Assembly: GCA_029260905.1 (NCBI GenBank)
Contig: JAJDCH010000006.1
Coordinates: 1-60,582 of the forward strand
Direction of reading: 5' to 3'
Source: Candidatus Levyibacteriota bacterium
GTDB lineage: Bacteria > Patescibacteriota > Microgenomatia > Levybacterales > UBA12049
DNA length: 60,582 nucleotides
This document shows, in pieces, positions 10,194-19,396 of this stretch. A model generated the notes under the pieces. The model ran no database searches, had not been told where the DNA came from, and saw only the letters and a program-made list of their open reading frames with translations. The position numbers were made by a program, and so were the translations under genes. Numbering within the stretch: position 1 is the stretch's first letter; each line of letters opens with the position of its first letter.

Positions 10194-11477
10194 ATGGGTT
10201 TTATTAAAAACTACGATCAATTAGCCACCAATGACAACCGTAAAATCATACTAAGCCTCATTGAAGAAGCCTACAAATCAATCCAACCCAAACAAATTTT
10301 TGATGAACATTTCAAACTTACCGGAAATCAACTAGAAATTAAAGGTCAGGCTTTTGATCTCTCTAAATTTGAACAAATCAAGCTAGTCGGCTTTGGCAAA
10401 GGCTCTGCTGAAATGTGCAGGATTATCGAAGAAACACTTGGCGACAGACTACACGAGGGGTTTGATATCGATGTTATAGATGAGCAAAAATTCTCCAAAA
10501 TTAACTACACCAAGGGCACCCATCCCCTTCCCTCTGTAGAAAATATCGAATACACAAAAAAAGCGCTTAATTATCTTGAAGGAACAACTGAAAAAGATCT
10601 GGTACTCATAGTTGTATGCGGTGGTGGATCAGTACTTTTTGAAGCACCATATAAAATAGATTTGGAAACATTGACCAAGGTAAATGATACGCTTTTAGAT
10701 TCAGGCGCCAACATTACCGAGATGAATGTAATAAGACGCCATCTTTCTCGTGTCAAGGGAGGAAACTTAGCAAAAACCCTCTACCCATCAACTGTTGCAG
10801 CACTGCTCTTCTCAGATGTACCAGGAAATGACTTGTCAGTCATTGCATCAGGCCCAACTGTCAAAGACCATACCACTATGGCTGATGTAAAAAATATTCT
10901 TGATAAATACCAAATACTTGAAAAGGTGCAAATCACACCTGATGATTTTCTTGAAACCCCGACTGATGATAAATACTTTGAAAAAGTCCACAACATTCTC
11001 ATGCTCAGCAATCACACAGCTCTTAATGCAATGGAGAAAAAAGCAAAAGAACTTGGCAGGCAGGCTTTTGTCATGACTGATAGACTTCAAGGAGATGCAA
11101 GAAAGCTTGGTGAAAAATTGATTCTTGAAACAGCACCTGGACAAATACTTCTGGCAGGCGGTGAAAGTACGATTAAGATAACAGGTGATGGAAAAGGTGG
11201 TCGTAATCAGGCGCTGGTTCTTTGCTCTCTTCCCTATCTGAACGACAAAACAGCAATTGCCAGCTTTGGCTCAGATGGCTGGGATTTTTATCATTTTGCA
11301 GGAGCTATAGCTGATCAAGACACTTTAAAGAAAATAGATGATATGGAACTTGACGTAGAAGAATATTTGTCGGATGATAATAGTTACGGGTTTTGGGAAA
11401 AAACAGGTGACGGAATCGACACAGGAAAAATGGAATCAAACGTGTCAGATTTATTTATTGTCTATAAATCAAATTAA
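10194..11477 (+). CDS. Glycerate 2-kinase (DUF4147/MOFRL, GckA/TtuD family)
   Basis: GFGKGS, HPLP, CGGGSVL, RRHLSRVKGG, SDVPGNDLSVIASGPT, GGE, GGRNQ, SDGWD motifs. Confidence 0.9.
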   Translation: MGFIKNYDQLATNDNRKIILSLIEEAYKSIQPKQIFDEHFKLTGNQLEIKGQAFDLSKFEQIKLVGFGKGSAEMCRIIEETLGDRLHEGFDIDVIDEQKFSKINYTKGTHPLPSVENIEYTKKALNYLEGTTEKDLVLIVVCGGGSVLFEAPYKIDLETLTKVNDTLLDSGANITEMNVIRRHLSRVKGGNLAKTLYPSTVAALLFSDVPGNDLSVIASGPTVKDHTTMADVKNILDKYQILEKVQITPDDFLETPTDDKYFEKVHNILMLSNHTALNAMEKKAKELGRQAFVMTDRLQGDARKLGEKLILETAPGQILLAGGESTIKITGDGKGGRNQALVLCSLPYLNDKTAIASFGSDGWDFYHFAGAIADQDTLKKIDDMELDVEEYLSDDNSYGFWEKTGDGIDTGKMESNVSDLFIVYKSN

Positions 11478-11482
11478 CAATT

Positions 11483-12376
11483 ATGAATAGCAACCAACTA
11501 AAAGATTTAAAACTCAAAGCCAATGAAATTCGTCGTCTTATTATCGAGGCGCTTGATGGCGCCAATCACAACACAGGCTCAGGACATACAGGCGGCCCGC
11601 TTGGCATGGCTGATGTGTTTGCCGCGCTTTATTTCAATTTCATGAAACACGATCCCCAAAATCCTGATGATCCAGATCGCGACAGGCTTCTTCTCTCCAA
11701 TGGTCATATTTGCGCAGTTCTCTACTCAAGCCTTGCTTTATCTGGCTATTTTCCAACTAGTGAGCTAAAAACATTTAGAGGTTTTGAAACACGTCTTCAG
11801 GGGCATCCTCACCGAGGCGTTCTCCCCGGTCTTGAGAACACATCAGGACCACTTGGTGAGGGACTTTCTCAAGCAATTGGCATTGCTCTTGCACGAGACA
11901 TTGATAAAAAGACCTACACTGTTTACTGCGCAACATCTGACGGTGAACACCAGGAGGGAAACATCTGGGAAGCTGTGATGCTTGCAGGCAAATTAAAAAT
12001 CAATAACCTAATTCAAATAATTGACTTTAACAACATCCAGATTGATGGACCGGTTGATAAGACCATGCCGCTTGAGCCTTTCCGCGCAAAATATGAATCA
12101 TTCAATTGGCATGTGATTGATATTGATGGCAATGATATGAAAGAGATAGTTGATGCAATCAGTCAAGCAAAGGAAATAAAAGACAAACCTGTTATCATAA
12201 TTGCGCGTACTATCCCTGGTAAGGGAGTCAGCTTTATGGAGGGTGATTACAGATGGCATGGGATGCCACCTGGCCTCAAAGATGTAAGCGGCGCGCCGCC
12301 AAAAGACGAACAGGTAGCAGTCGCATTTAAAGAGATTGAAGAAGAACGGAAAAAAATTATAATGGGGAAAGCGTGA
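11483..12376 (+). CDS. tktA: Transketolase, N-terminal (TPP-binding) subunit
   Basis: SGHTGGPLG, DRDRLLLSNGH, LQGHP, SGPLGEGLS, SDGEHQEG, NNIQIDG. Confidence 0.95.
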   Translation: MNSNQLKDLKLKANEIRRLIIEALDGANHNTGSGHTGGPLGMADVFAALYFNFMKHDPQNPDDPDRDRLLLSNGHICAVLYSSLALSGYFPTSELKTFRGFETRLQGHPHRGVLPGLENTSGPLGEGLSQAIGIALARDIDKKTYTVYCATSDGEHQEGNIWEAVMLAGKLKINNLIQIIDFNNIQIDGPVDKTMPLEPFRAKYESFNWHVIDIDGNDMKEIVDAISQAKEIKDKPVIIIARTIPGKGVSFMEGDYRWHGMPPGLKDVSGAPPKDEQVAVAFKEIEEERKKIIMGKA

Positions 12377-12782
12377 AGGGTGAAGGGTAAAGATAAAATA
12401 GATGGTAAAATCATATAAAGAACTCATTGTTTGGAAAAAATCAATGGAGATGGTAAGATTTATTTATCAACTAACAGAAAGCTTTCCAAAAGACGAGCTA
12501 TATGGTTTACGGTCTCAGATGGAAAGATCTGCTGTTGCAATCCCAAGCAATATTGCAGAGGGATATTTGAGACGACATCGCAAAGAGTATGTTCAGTTTT
12601 TATCAATATCCCTCAGCTCTGCAGCTGAACTTGAAACACAAATTCTTGTTTGTAAATCATTAAAAAAGTTTAAACATATAGATTTTTCTGAAACAGAATC
12701 ATTACTAAATGAGGTATTAAAAATGTTATTTGTTATGATAAATAAGATGGCTTGACGCTTAACCCTTAACGCTTTACGCTTA
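12368..12782. mobile_element. Four-helix-bundle gene enclosed by inverted heptamer arrays (full element)
   Basis: Left arm AAAGCGT-GAAGGGT-GAAGGGT-AAAG (12368-12392, contains the tktA stop); right arm CTTG-ACGCTTA-ACCCTTA-ACGCTTT-ACGCTT (12751-12782) is its near reverse complement. Mobility is inferred. Confidence 0.65.
12402..12755 (+). CDS. Four-helix-bundle protein (23S rRNA IVP / TIGR02436 family)
   Basis: SYKELIVWKKS, FPKDELYGLRSQMERSAVAIPSNIAEG, SAAELETQ signature. Confidence 0.92.
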   Translation: MVKSYKELIVWKKSMEMVRFIYQLTESFPKDELYGLRSQMERSAVAIPSNIAEGYLRRHRKEYVQFLSISLSSAAELETQILVCKSLKKFKHIDFSETESLLNEVLKMLFVMINKMA

Positions 12783-12785
12783 AAT

Positions 12786-13778
12786 ATGTTAAATCCAAAC
12801 TTAAAACTAAATACAAAATTATTTGACGTAGACGTTGAAAAAAAACCAACCCGCGCAGGCTTTGGCACAGGCCTTCTTGCTCTTGGCAAAAAAGACAAAA
12901 ATGTAGTCGGGCTTTGTGCTGATCTCACAGAGTCAACCCAAATGAACCTTTTTGCTGATGCATTTCCTGAGAGATTTTTCCAAGTCGGTGTTGCTGAGCA
13001 AAATATGGCAGCAGTTGCAGCAGGACTAGGAGTTACTGGCAAAACAGCTTTTATTTCCAGTTATGCTACTTTCTCCCCTGGTAAAAATTGGGAAACAATC
13101 AGAACCACAATTGTTTACAACAAAGCAAATGTCAAAATAGCAGGCCATCATTCAGGAATCATGACAGGTCCTGATGGAGCAACTCACCAAGCAACTGAGG
13201 ATATAGCCATAACACGCTGCTGGCCGGGTATTGAAGTATATGTTCCATGTGATGCAATTGAAGCAGAAAAAGCAACTATTGCGTCTGCTAAAACACAAAA
13301 ACCAGTTTATCTTCGCTACTCAAGAGACAAAACTCCGCTAATCACAACTGCAGATACACCTTTTGAGGTAGGCAAACTACAGGACTTCTGGGTCAGTGAA
13401 AATCCGCAAGTAACTATCTTTGCAACAGGCTATATGCTTTACTATGCATTAGTTGCCGCAAAAGAGCTTGAAGATGAAGGCATAAATACAATAGCTGTAA
13501 ATGTCGCAACCATTAAACCACTTGACTCAAATGAAGTTCTCAAATTTACCAATCAAACAAGCGCTGTTGTAACAGTTGAAGATCATCAAATAACAGGCGG
13601 CATGGGCAGTGCAATTGCTGAATCTCTGGCCAAAACCAATCCCCTGCCGATTGAGTTTGTCGGCATGCAAGACGTATTTGGCGAAACAGGAACACCAGCC
13701 CAACTCTTAAAGAAATACAAAATGAATCCTGAAGCAATCAAAGAAGCTGTAAAAAGAGTGATACGTAGAAAGCGTTAA
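12786..13778 (+). CDS. tktB: Transketolase, C-terminal subunit
   Basis: TRAGFG, ADLTES, GVAEQNM, GPDGATHQ, PVYLR, IKPLD, VEDH, GMGSAIAE. Confidence 0.95.
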   Translation: MLNPNLKLNTKLFDVDVEKKPTRAGFGTGLLALGKKDKNVVGLCADLTESTQMNLFADAFPERFFQVGVAEQNMAAVAAGLGVTGKTAFISSYATFSPGKNWETIRTTIVYNKANVKIAGHHSGIMTGPDGATHQATEDIAITRCWPGIEVYVPCDAIEAEKATIASAKTQKPVYLRYSRDKTPLITTADTPFEVGKLQDFWVSENPQVTIFATGYMLYYALVAAKELEDEGINTIAVNVATIKPLDSNEVLKFTNQTSAVVTVEDHQITGGMGSAIAESLAKTNPLPIEFVGMQDVFGETGTPAQLLKKYKMNPEAIKEAVKRVIRRKR

Positions 13779-13840
13779 GGGTAAAGCGTCAAGGGTGAAG
13801 TTTTTTTCTTTCCCCTTAGCGCTTAGCGCTTTCCCCTTAA
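13769..13840. repeat. Empty inverted heptamer-array hairpin (AAAGCGT/AAGGGT class)
   Basis: AAAGCGT-TAAGGGT-AAAGCGT-CAAGGGT-GAAG, T7 loop, CTTT-CCCCTTA-GCGCTTA-GCGCTTT-CCCCTTA. Confidence 0.85.
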
Positions 13841-13845
13841 ATATT

Positions 13846-15501
13846 ATGGATCAAAACCTGCTCACAGAATTAAAAGAACTTATCTCAGGTGATGTGGAAA
13901 CATCAGAAGAGGTACTAAGCAAATATTCACACGACGCAAGTATTTTTGAGATACGTCCTCAAGTCGTTGTCTTCCCCAAAACAGATGCCGACATCCAAAA
14001 TCTCATAAAATTCGTTGCCAAACACAAAAAAGAACACCCAGATCTCAATATCACAGCACGGGCTGCCAGCACCTGCATGTCAGGAGGAGGACTTGGCACA
14101 TCAATTATTGTTGCTTTCCAGAAATATTTTAACCATCAGCCAAAAATTGTGGGCAAAATAGCCTCAACTCAGCCTGGTGTTTTTTATCGTGATTTTGAGA
14201 AAGAAACCCTCAAACATGATCTAATTTTTCCCTCTTTCCCCTCCTCCCGTGAGATTTGCGCAATGGGCGGAATTGTCAATAACAACGCAGGCGGTGAAAA
14301 ATCTCTAGAGTATGGCAAAACTGAAGATTATATCCATTCACTACAAATGATCCTTGCTGATGGTAATGAATACGAAATAAAACCACTAAACAAAAATCAG
14401 CTTGAAGAAAAAATGGCGCAAGATAACTTTGAAGGCATAGTTTATAAAAAAACCTACGAACTTATAACTAATAACTTAGAGCTTATAACCAAAGCCAAGC
14501 CAAAGGTTAGCAAAAACTCAAGCGGCTATTTCCTCTGGAATGTCTGGGATCCTGAAAAAAAGGTCTTTGATCTTTGTAAATTATTTACCGGCGCGCAGGG
14601 AACTCTAGGCATCATGACTGAGGCTAAGCTCAAACTCGTGTCAACCAAAAAACACCGTGAAATGATGATTATTTTTCTTCATGACTTCAAACACTTAGCA
14701 GAAATCATCAATAAAGTCTTGCCTCTTGAACCTGAAAGTTTTGAGGCTTACGATGACAAAACGCTTAAGCTTGCTCTCAAATTCTTTCCCGCATTTTCCA
14801 AAAAACTTGGCACCAGATCTGTTCTGACAACTGCGCTCGAATTTTTGCCTGAAATGCAAATGTACAAAGATCACAAACTCCCCAAGCTCGTCATGCAAAT
14901 TGATTTTGCTGATGATCACCTATCAGTTCTTAAAGAGAAAATAAATGATCTGACTGAGAAACTCCAATCAATTCATCCGAATGATGTCAAAGTAGCAATT
15001 GATACTGAAGAAAAAAAATACTGGCTGATCAGACGAGACAGCTTCGGCCTTCTGAGAAAACACGTTGAGAATATGTATTCTTCCCCTTTTATTGATGACA
15101 TCGTTGTTAATCCTGAACATCTGCCTGAGTTTTTACCACAATTTAATCAGATTTTGGATAAATATCCATCTGTAATTGGCACTTTTGCAGGACACGTCGG
15201 AAACGGCAATTTTCACTTTATCCCGCTTGTCGATCTCAAAGATCCCAAAGAACAAAAACTAATTCCCCAAATCTGTGATGAAGTTTTTAAGCTTGTCATC
15301 AAATACGGTGGCTCAACATCTGGCGAGCATAATGATGGCTGGATAAGAACACCTTTTATGAAATATCAGTTTGATGAGAAGATCCTAAAGCTTTTTGAGG
15401 AAACCAAAAATATTTTTGATCCAGATGGGATATTTAACCCACACAAAAAAGTCAACGGAGATCTGGATTTTGCTATGAAGCATGTAAGAACTAGTTGGTA
15501 G
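13846..15501 (+). CDS. FAD-binding oxidoreductase (GlcD/D-lactate dehydrogenase-like)
   Basis: YSHDASIF, PQVVVFP, MGGIVNNNAGG, GAQGTLG, GHVGNGNFH, GEHNDG, DPDGIFNP. Start at ATG 13846 after the hairpin. Confidence 0.88.
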   Translation: MDQNLLTELKELISGDVETSEEVLSKYSHDASIFEIRPQVVVFPKTDADIQNLIKFVAKHKKEHPDLNITARAASTCMSGGGLGTSIIVAFQKYFNHQPKIVGKIASTQPGVFYRDFEKETLKHDLIFPSFPSSREICAMGGIVNNNAGGEKSLEYGKTEDYIHSLQMILADGNEYEIKPLNKNQLEEKMAQDNFEGIVYKKTYELITNNLELITKAKPKVSKNSSGYFLWNVWDPEKKVFDLCKLFTGAQGTLGIMTEAKLKLVSTKKHREMMIIFLHDFKHLAEIINKVLPLEPESFEAYDDKTLKLALKFFPAFSKKLGTRSVLTTALEFLPEMQMYKDHKLPKLVMQIDFADDHLSVLKEKINDLTEKLQSIHPNDVKVAIDTEEKKYWLIRRDSFGLLRKHVENMYSSPFIDDIVVNPEHLPEFLPQFNQILDKYPSVIGTFAGHVGNGNFHFIPLVDLKDPKEQKLIPQICDEVFKLVIKYGGSTSGEHNDGWIRTPFMKYQFDEKILKLFEETKNIFDPDGIFNPHKKVNGDLDFAMKHVRTSW

Positions 15502-15522
15502 TTAGGATGCTTAGGAGGCCTT

Positions 15523-16575
15523 TTAGTGTGCTGGAACAGGGAATCCGTTCTGTTTGCACCATTCAGCAAACTCATCAGCAGGCATTGTTTGCTTTCTTAC
15601 ATCATACTGAATTTGCTTAGCATCAACTTCTACTTTTACATCTACATCTGAATCTCCACCTTCAGCATTAGCTTTTGCATCTCCGCCCTCTGCTTTTGCA
15701 TCTGAGTTTGCGCTTGAGTTTGCTTCTGATTTTGAAGTTCCAATTCCATCGTTGTTTGATGTTGCTTTTCCGCCTTCAGCTGTGATATCACCTATTTCTA
15801 CAAGTCCATTAGGAAGCTCTGTTATGCCTTCTGTTTCTTCAGTTGTCTTGATTCTAGCATTTGGACTCCTGAAGTTAACATCTCTTGATCCAACCACTGA
15901 ATCGGTAATAGTAGTAGTTTTGCCCAGGTTACAGACATCTCCTTTTCCTACTGAAATTGTATCACCCTTGACTATGCAGATTTCTTTTTGTTTCTGCTTT
16001 GAAAATACAGAACCTTCTCCGCTTATTTGTCCCTGTGAACCATCTCCGCTAACATCTACTGACTTGTCACCAAATGATAAGTTTTTCAAATCATCTAAGT
16101 TTATATGAGTTGTATTTGGACCTGCAATTATCTGTATTCCTCTTTCATTTTCACCTACTTGAACACTTTTTACTTCAAATGATGGTTTTGCTGGACGATA
16201 TGATGTTCTTTTTGGTGCTGCTGGTTTTGCTGGAGACTCTTTCTTGCCGTGGTGTGCTGGATCTCCACATGCACAGTCCTGAAGCTCAGCAACTGCTGCT
16301 GTCAATCCATTTATTTGTGTCGTAAGTGCTGATAAATGTGCTGTTGTGTCTGATGATGCCAACTGGGCTTCTAAACTTCCTTGAAGAGCTGATACTTCAC
16401 CATGTAGTGCTTCCATATTCCCTTTGTATTGTTCTCCGGCAAGATGTGCGCCTGTAACTCCTCCAGTTGCTGCGAGCGCAACCGCTCCTATAACTGTTCC
16501 AATTTTTCCTTGCCCTGTTTCGCCAGAAAATTTGGAAGGTGTTCTGTGTTTTGGTTGATATTCTTTATTGCTCAT
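15523..16575 (-). CDS. Hypothetical membrane-anchored protein with coiled coil and repetitive beta-rich C-terminus
   Basis: Long ORF; hydrophobic anchor, heptad region, AEGG repeats; no family recognised. Confidence 0.65.
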   Translation of the reverse strand: MSNKEYQPKHRTPSKFSGETGQGKIGTVIGAVALAATGGVTGAHLAGEQYKGNMEALHGEVSALQGSLEAQLASSDTTAHLSALTTQINGLTAAVAELQDCACGDPAHHGKKESPAKPAAPKRTSYRPAKPSFEVKSVQVGENERGIQIIAGPNTTHINLDDLKNLSFGDKSVDVSGDGSQGQISGEGSVFSKQKQKEICIVKGDTISVGKGDVCNLGKTTTITDSVVGSRDVNFRSPNARIKTTEETEGITELPNGLVEIGDITAEGGKATSNNDGIGTSKSEANSSANSDAKAEGGDAKANAEGGDSDVDVKVEVDAKQIQYDVRKQTMPADEFAEWCKQNGFPVPAH

Positions 16576-16693
16576 ATTTTTATAAAATTAATTATTTTGT
16601 TGGGACAGATTTTTATTTTTATTTTCGGGGCAGAAAATTTATTTATATTTATTTATATTTATTTTGGCAGTGATAAGCATTATAGGGTGTCAT

Positions 16694-16721
16694 TGTAAGT
16701 TTTATGTAAGAAGCATGTAAG
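16694..16721. promoter_or_regulatory. Three TGTAAG direct repeats at 11-bp period (possible OmpR/PhoB-type box)
   Basis: TGTAAG at 16694, 16705 and 16716. Confidence 0.45.
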
Positions 16722-16885
16722 AGTTCGTGCCTGAATGATTTATTTTTTTCGTTTTTATTTCTTATTTCTTTCTAGTTTTGTATCCTCTAGGTAATTATTA
16801 TAACACTTATTTTATATCAAGACGAACTATTTTCTGATTAAAAGCAGTCCTTGAATTTTAATAAAATAATGTTTAAGATAGATTT

Positions 16886-17926
16886 ATGTCTGATAATTTA
16901 GCTGATATTGCAAGATCGCTTGTCGCAAAAGGCAAAGGCATTCTTGCAGCAGATGAATCATCCCCCACCTGCGCGAAGCGCTTTGACTTAGTTGGTATCG
17001 AATGTACCGAAGAGACACGTCGTGAGTACAGAGAGCTGCTTTTGACTACACCTGAGGCAAGTCAGCATATGAGTGGTGTGATTCATTTTGATGAGACTTT
17101 CTGGCAATCAACAGACTCGCAGACCTTCCCCGAATATCTTAAATCCCAAAACATCATACCAGGCATCAAAGTAGACAAAGGCCTCATCCCACTTGATAAA
17201 TTTGAGGGTGAGAAGATCAGCCAGGGTCTTGACGGACTAAAAGAACGCATGGATAAATACTTTGAATCAGGCGCTAGATTTGCTAAATGGAGATCGGTTA
17301 TCGCAATTGGCGATGGCATTCCGACCCCCCAATGCATACAAGCCAACGCATTTGTCCTCACCCGCTATGCCGCCATCTGCCAGGCAGCCGGGATAGTGCC
17401 AATCGTTGAACCCGAAGTATTGTACGATGGTACACATACTATAGATAGTTGCTATGAAACCATTATCAAGGTTTATGATGCCCTCTTTGGCTCACTCAGA
17501 GAATACAGAGTAGATATGTCAGGGGTGATCCTTAAGACAAGTATGGTTCTTCCTGGAAAAACATCAGGAATATCCATAAATTATGATGAAGTCGCCGAAA
17601 AAACAGTCAAAGCGCTTCACGAACATCTACCACAAGACCTGGGAGGTGTGGTTTTCCTATCAGGAGGTCAAACCAGCAACGATGCATTTATAAACTTAAA
17701 TAGAATCGCAAAACTTGGTCCACACCCATGGGGTCTTACCTTCTCCTACTCAAGAGCGCTTCAAGATCCAGTCCTCAAACTCTGGGCCAAAGACAGAGAA
17801 AACAAAAAAGCAGTTCAGGAGCTTTTTGCAAATCAACTCAGGCTGGCTGGAGCTGCAAGCCTTGGCGAACTGAACGAATCTGAGCTACACGATAATACTG
17901 AGGCTACCAAATCCCAAGACCTCTAG
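16886..17926 (+). CDS. Fructose-bisphosphate aldolase class I
   Basis: KGILAADES, IPGIKVDKG, GARFAKWR, IVPIVEPEV, FLSGGQ, TFSYSRALQ. Confidence 0.95.
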   Translation: MSDNLADIARSLVAKGKGILAADESSPTCAKRFDLVGIECTEETRREYRELLLTTPEASQHMSGVIHFDETFWQSTDSQTFPEYLKSQNIIPGIKVDKGLIPLDKFEGEKISQGLDGLKERMDKYFESGARFAKWRSVIAIGDGIPTPQCIQANAFVLTRYAAICQAAGIVPIVEPEVLYDGTHTIDSCYETIIKVYDALFGSLREYRVDMSGVILKTSMVLPGKTSGISINYDEVAEKTVKALHEHLPQDLGGVVFLSGGQTSNDAFINLNRIAKLGPHPWGLTFSYSRALQDPVLKLWAKDRENKKAVQELFANQLRLAGAASLGELNESELHDNTEATKSQDL

Positions 17927-17927
17927 A

Positions 17928-18278
17928 AAATAACCCAATACTACCAATAACCCAATCAGCAAATCAATGCAGAATACCAGATGTAGAATAATTTGTTTCT
18001 TTACCTTCTTTTCTAACTATTGCATATTTTGCAATAAAATCTTTTCTGCTATCTGTTCCGTCTGCTTCTTGATCGTTTGCTCCCATTGAAGTAGCTGAGC
18101 GTGTTATCTGAGTTATTATAATAATATTCTCAGGAGTCTTTGGAAGTTGTTTTACTAATTTTAAAATCCTTATTATAAATTGATAAATTCTTTCATGAAT
18201 ATCCTGAATCTTTTCTGTGTTTTGCATTGGATTATTGATTAGTAGTATTTGTAGTATTGGTTTATTTGTTTATTTATT
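17928..18278. mobile_element. Inverted octamer arrays enclosing a truncated four-helix-bundle gene
   Basis: Arm 17928-17981 (AATAACCC/AATACTACC/AATCAGCA) and arm 18214-18278 (reverse complement AATAAACA/AATACTAC/AATAATCC). Mobility is inferred. Confidence 0.6.
17964..18227 (-). pseudogene. Four-helix-bundle (IVP family) gene lacking its C-terminal helix
   Basis: DIHERIYQF...LPKTPEN...QITRSATSMGANDQEADG...DFIAKYAIVRKEGKETNY then abruptly STSGILH*; roughly 30 aa shorter than the 117-aa paralogue. Confidence 0.75.
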
Positions 18279-19253
18279 AACCATCTCCTCCATCTCATCT
18301 CTTGTCAGAAGCCCTGCTTCAGCGCCTATGTGGCCAACCACTGATGAGGAATTGACAGCTCCCCAACCCATCGCATCAGGAATATTCATTCCCTGAACAA
18401 TTGCAGCCAAGAAGCCTGAAGCATATGCATCCCCTGCTCCTGTCCGCTCTATCGGCTCTCCAGGAATCAATCCGCGAAGGTAAAAATTACCATCCATATC
18501 AAGCGCGCTTGATCCTTCCTTGCCATTTGTTATTACCACAACACGTGGTCCCAATTTCTGCAACTCTTTGGATAATTTACGGATATACTCCTCACTATCA
18601 TCATCTGTTTTTTTATAGTGACCATAAAGAATACGCTCAGCCTCCTCTTTGTTTACAAAAAGAGCTTCAGTATTTCTAATTACTTCTTCGAATACTTCTC
18701 CTTGATCTTTAAGCTGGGTACTTCCAGGATTAAATGCTATTTTGGCTTTTTGCTTTTTGACAAAATCAAGAACTGTTTTATAAGGCTTTTCCCATTCTCT
18801 TCCTAGACTAGTCAGATAAATCCAACCTGCCTCTACATCCTCTAAATGAAAATCATGCTCCTGCTCACGCTCTTCAGCAAAAATAGTCCGATCTCCTGCA
18901 AAATTTATAATAACCGACAGGTTTGATGGCGCGTTTCTCTTCTCAACCATCAAAAGCCTTTCAATATTTTCTTTAGCAAGGCTATTTCTGATTTTAATTG
19001 AAAATTCATCATCCCCAACCTCTGCAACAATAGTTGCCTTGACACCAAGTCTAGACAAACCAACAGCCACATTAGCAGCATTTCCACCCATTTGAAATAC
19101 ATATTCATCAACCACTATCTTTTCACCAAGGCGAAAACAAACCCCGCCTGCATGTACACTGTCCTTATGCAATTCTTTTTGAGAATCATGAATTTTCATG
19201 TAGGCATCCAGCCTGGCAGTTCCAACTGTTATCACATCATATTTTCTGACCAT
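18270..19253 (-). CDS. PfkB-family carbohydrate kinase
   Basis: GGNAANVAVGLSRLG, FNPG, NKEE, VITNGKEGS, ERTGAGDAYASGF. Confidence 0.92.
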   Translation of the reverse strand: MVRKYDVITVGTARLDAYMKIHDSQKELHKDSVHAGGVCFRLGEKIVVDEYVFQMGGNAANVAVGLSRLGVKATIVAEVGDDEFSIKIRNSLAKENIERLLMVEKRNAPSNLSVIINFAGDRTIFAEEREQEHDFHLEDVEAGWIYLTSLGREWEKPYKTVLDFVKKQKAKIAFNPGSTQLKDQGEVFEEVIRNTEALFVNKEEAERILYGHYKKTDDDSEEYIRKLSKELQKLGPRVVVITNGKEGSSALDMDGNFYLRGLIPGEPIERTGAGDAYASGFLAAIVQGMNIPDAMGWGAVNSSSVVGHIGAEAGLLTRDEMEEMVNK

Positions 19254-19396
19254 ATATTCAGATTACAGGAAAATAACACTTAAGCGCAAGCAGAACTAGT
19301 AAATAAAAAGGGGTTAAAAAACTACAAGCATAAAAGCATATCTGGCGCTAAGCCTTATTTGCTCTTTTTTCACTTAAAATTTATAATTAACTCTCT

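Noticed and set aside
12402-12755. Diversity-generating retroelement (Avd-like gene)
   Set aside because: No reverse transcriptase and no TR/VR pair with adenine-specific mismatches were seen in the window.
11483-13778. Transketolase gene disrupted by an insertion
   Set aside because: Both halves have their own start and stop and match the common two-subunit transketolase; the IVP element lies between genes, not inside one.
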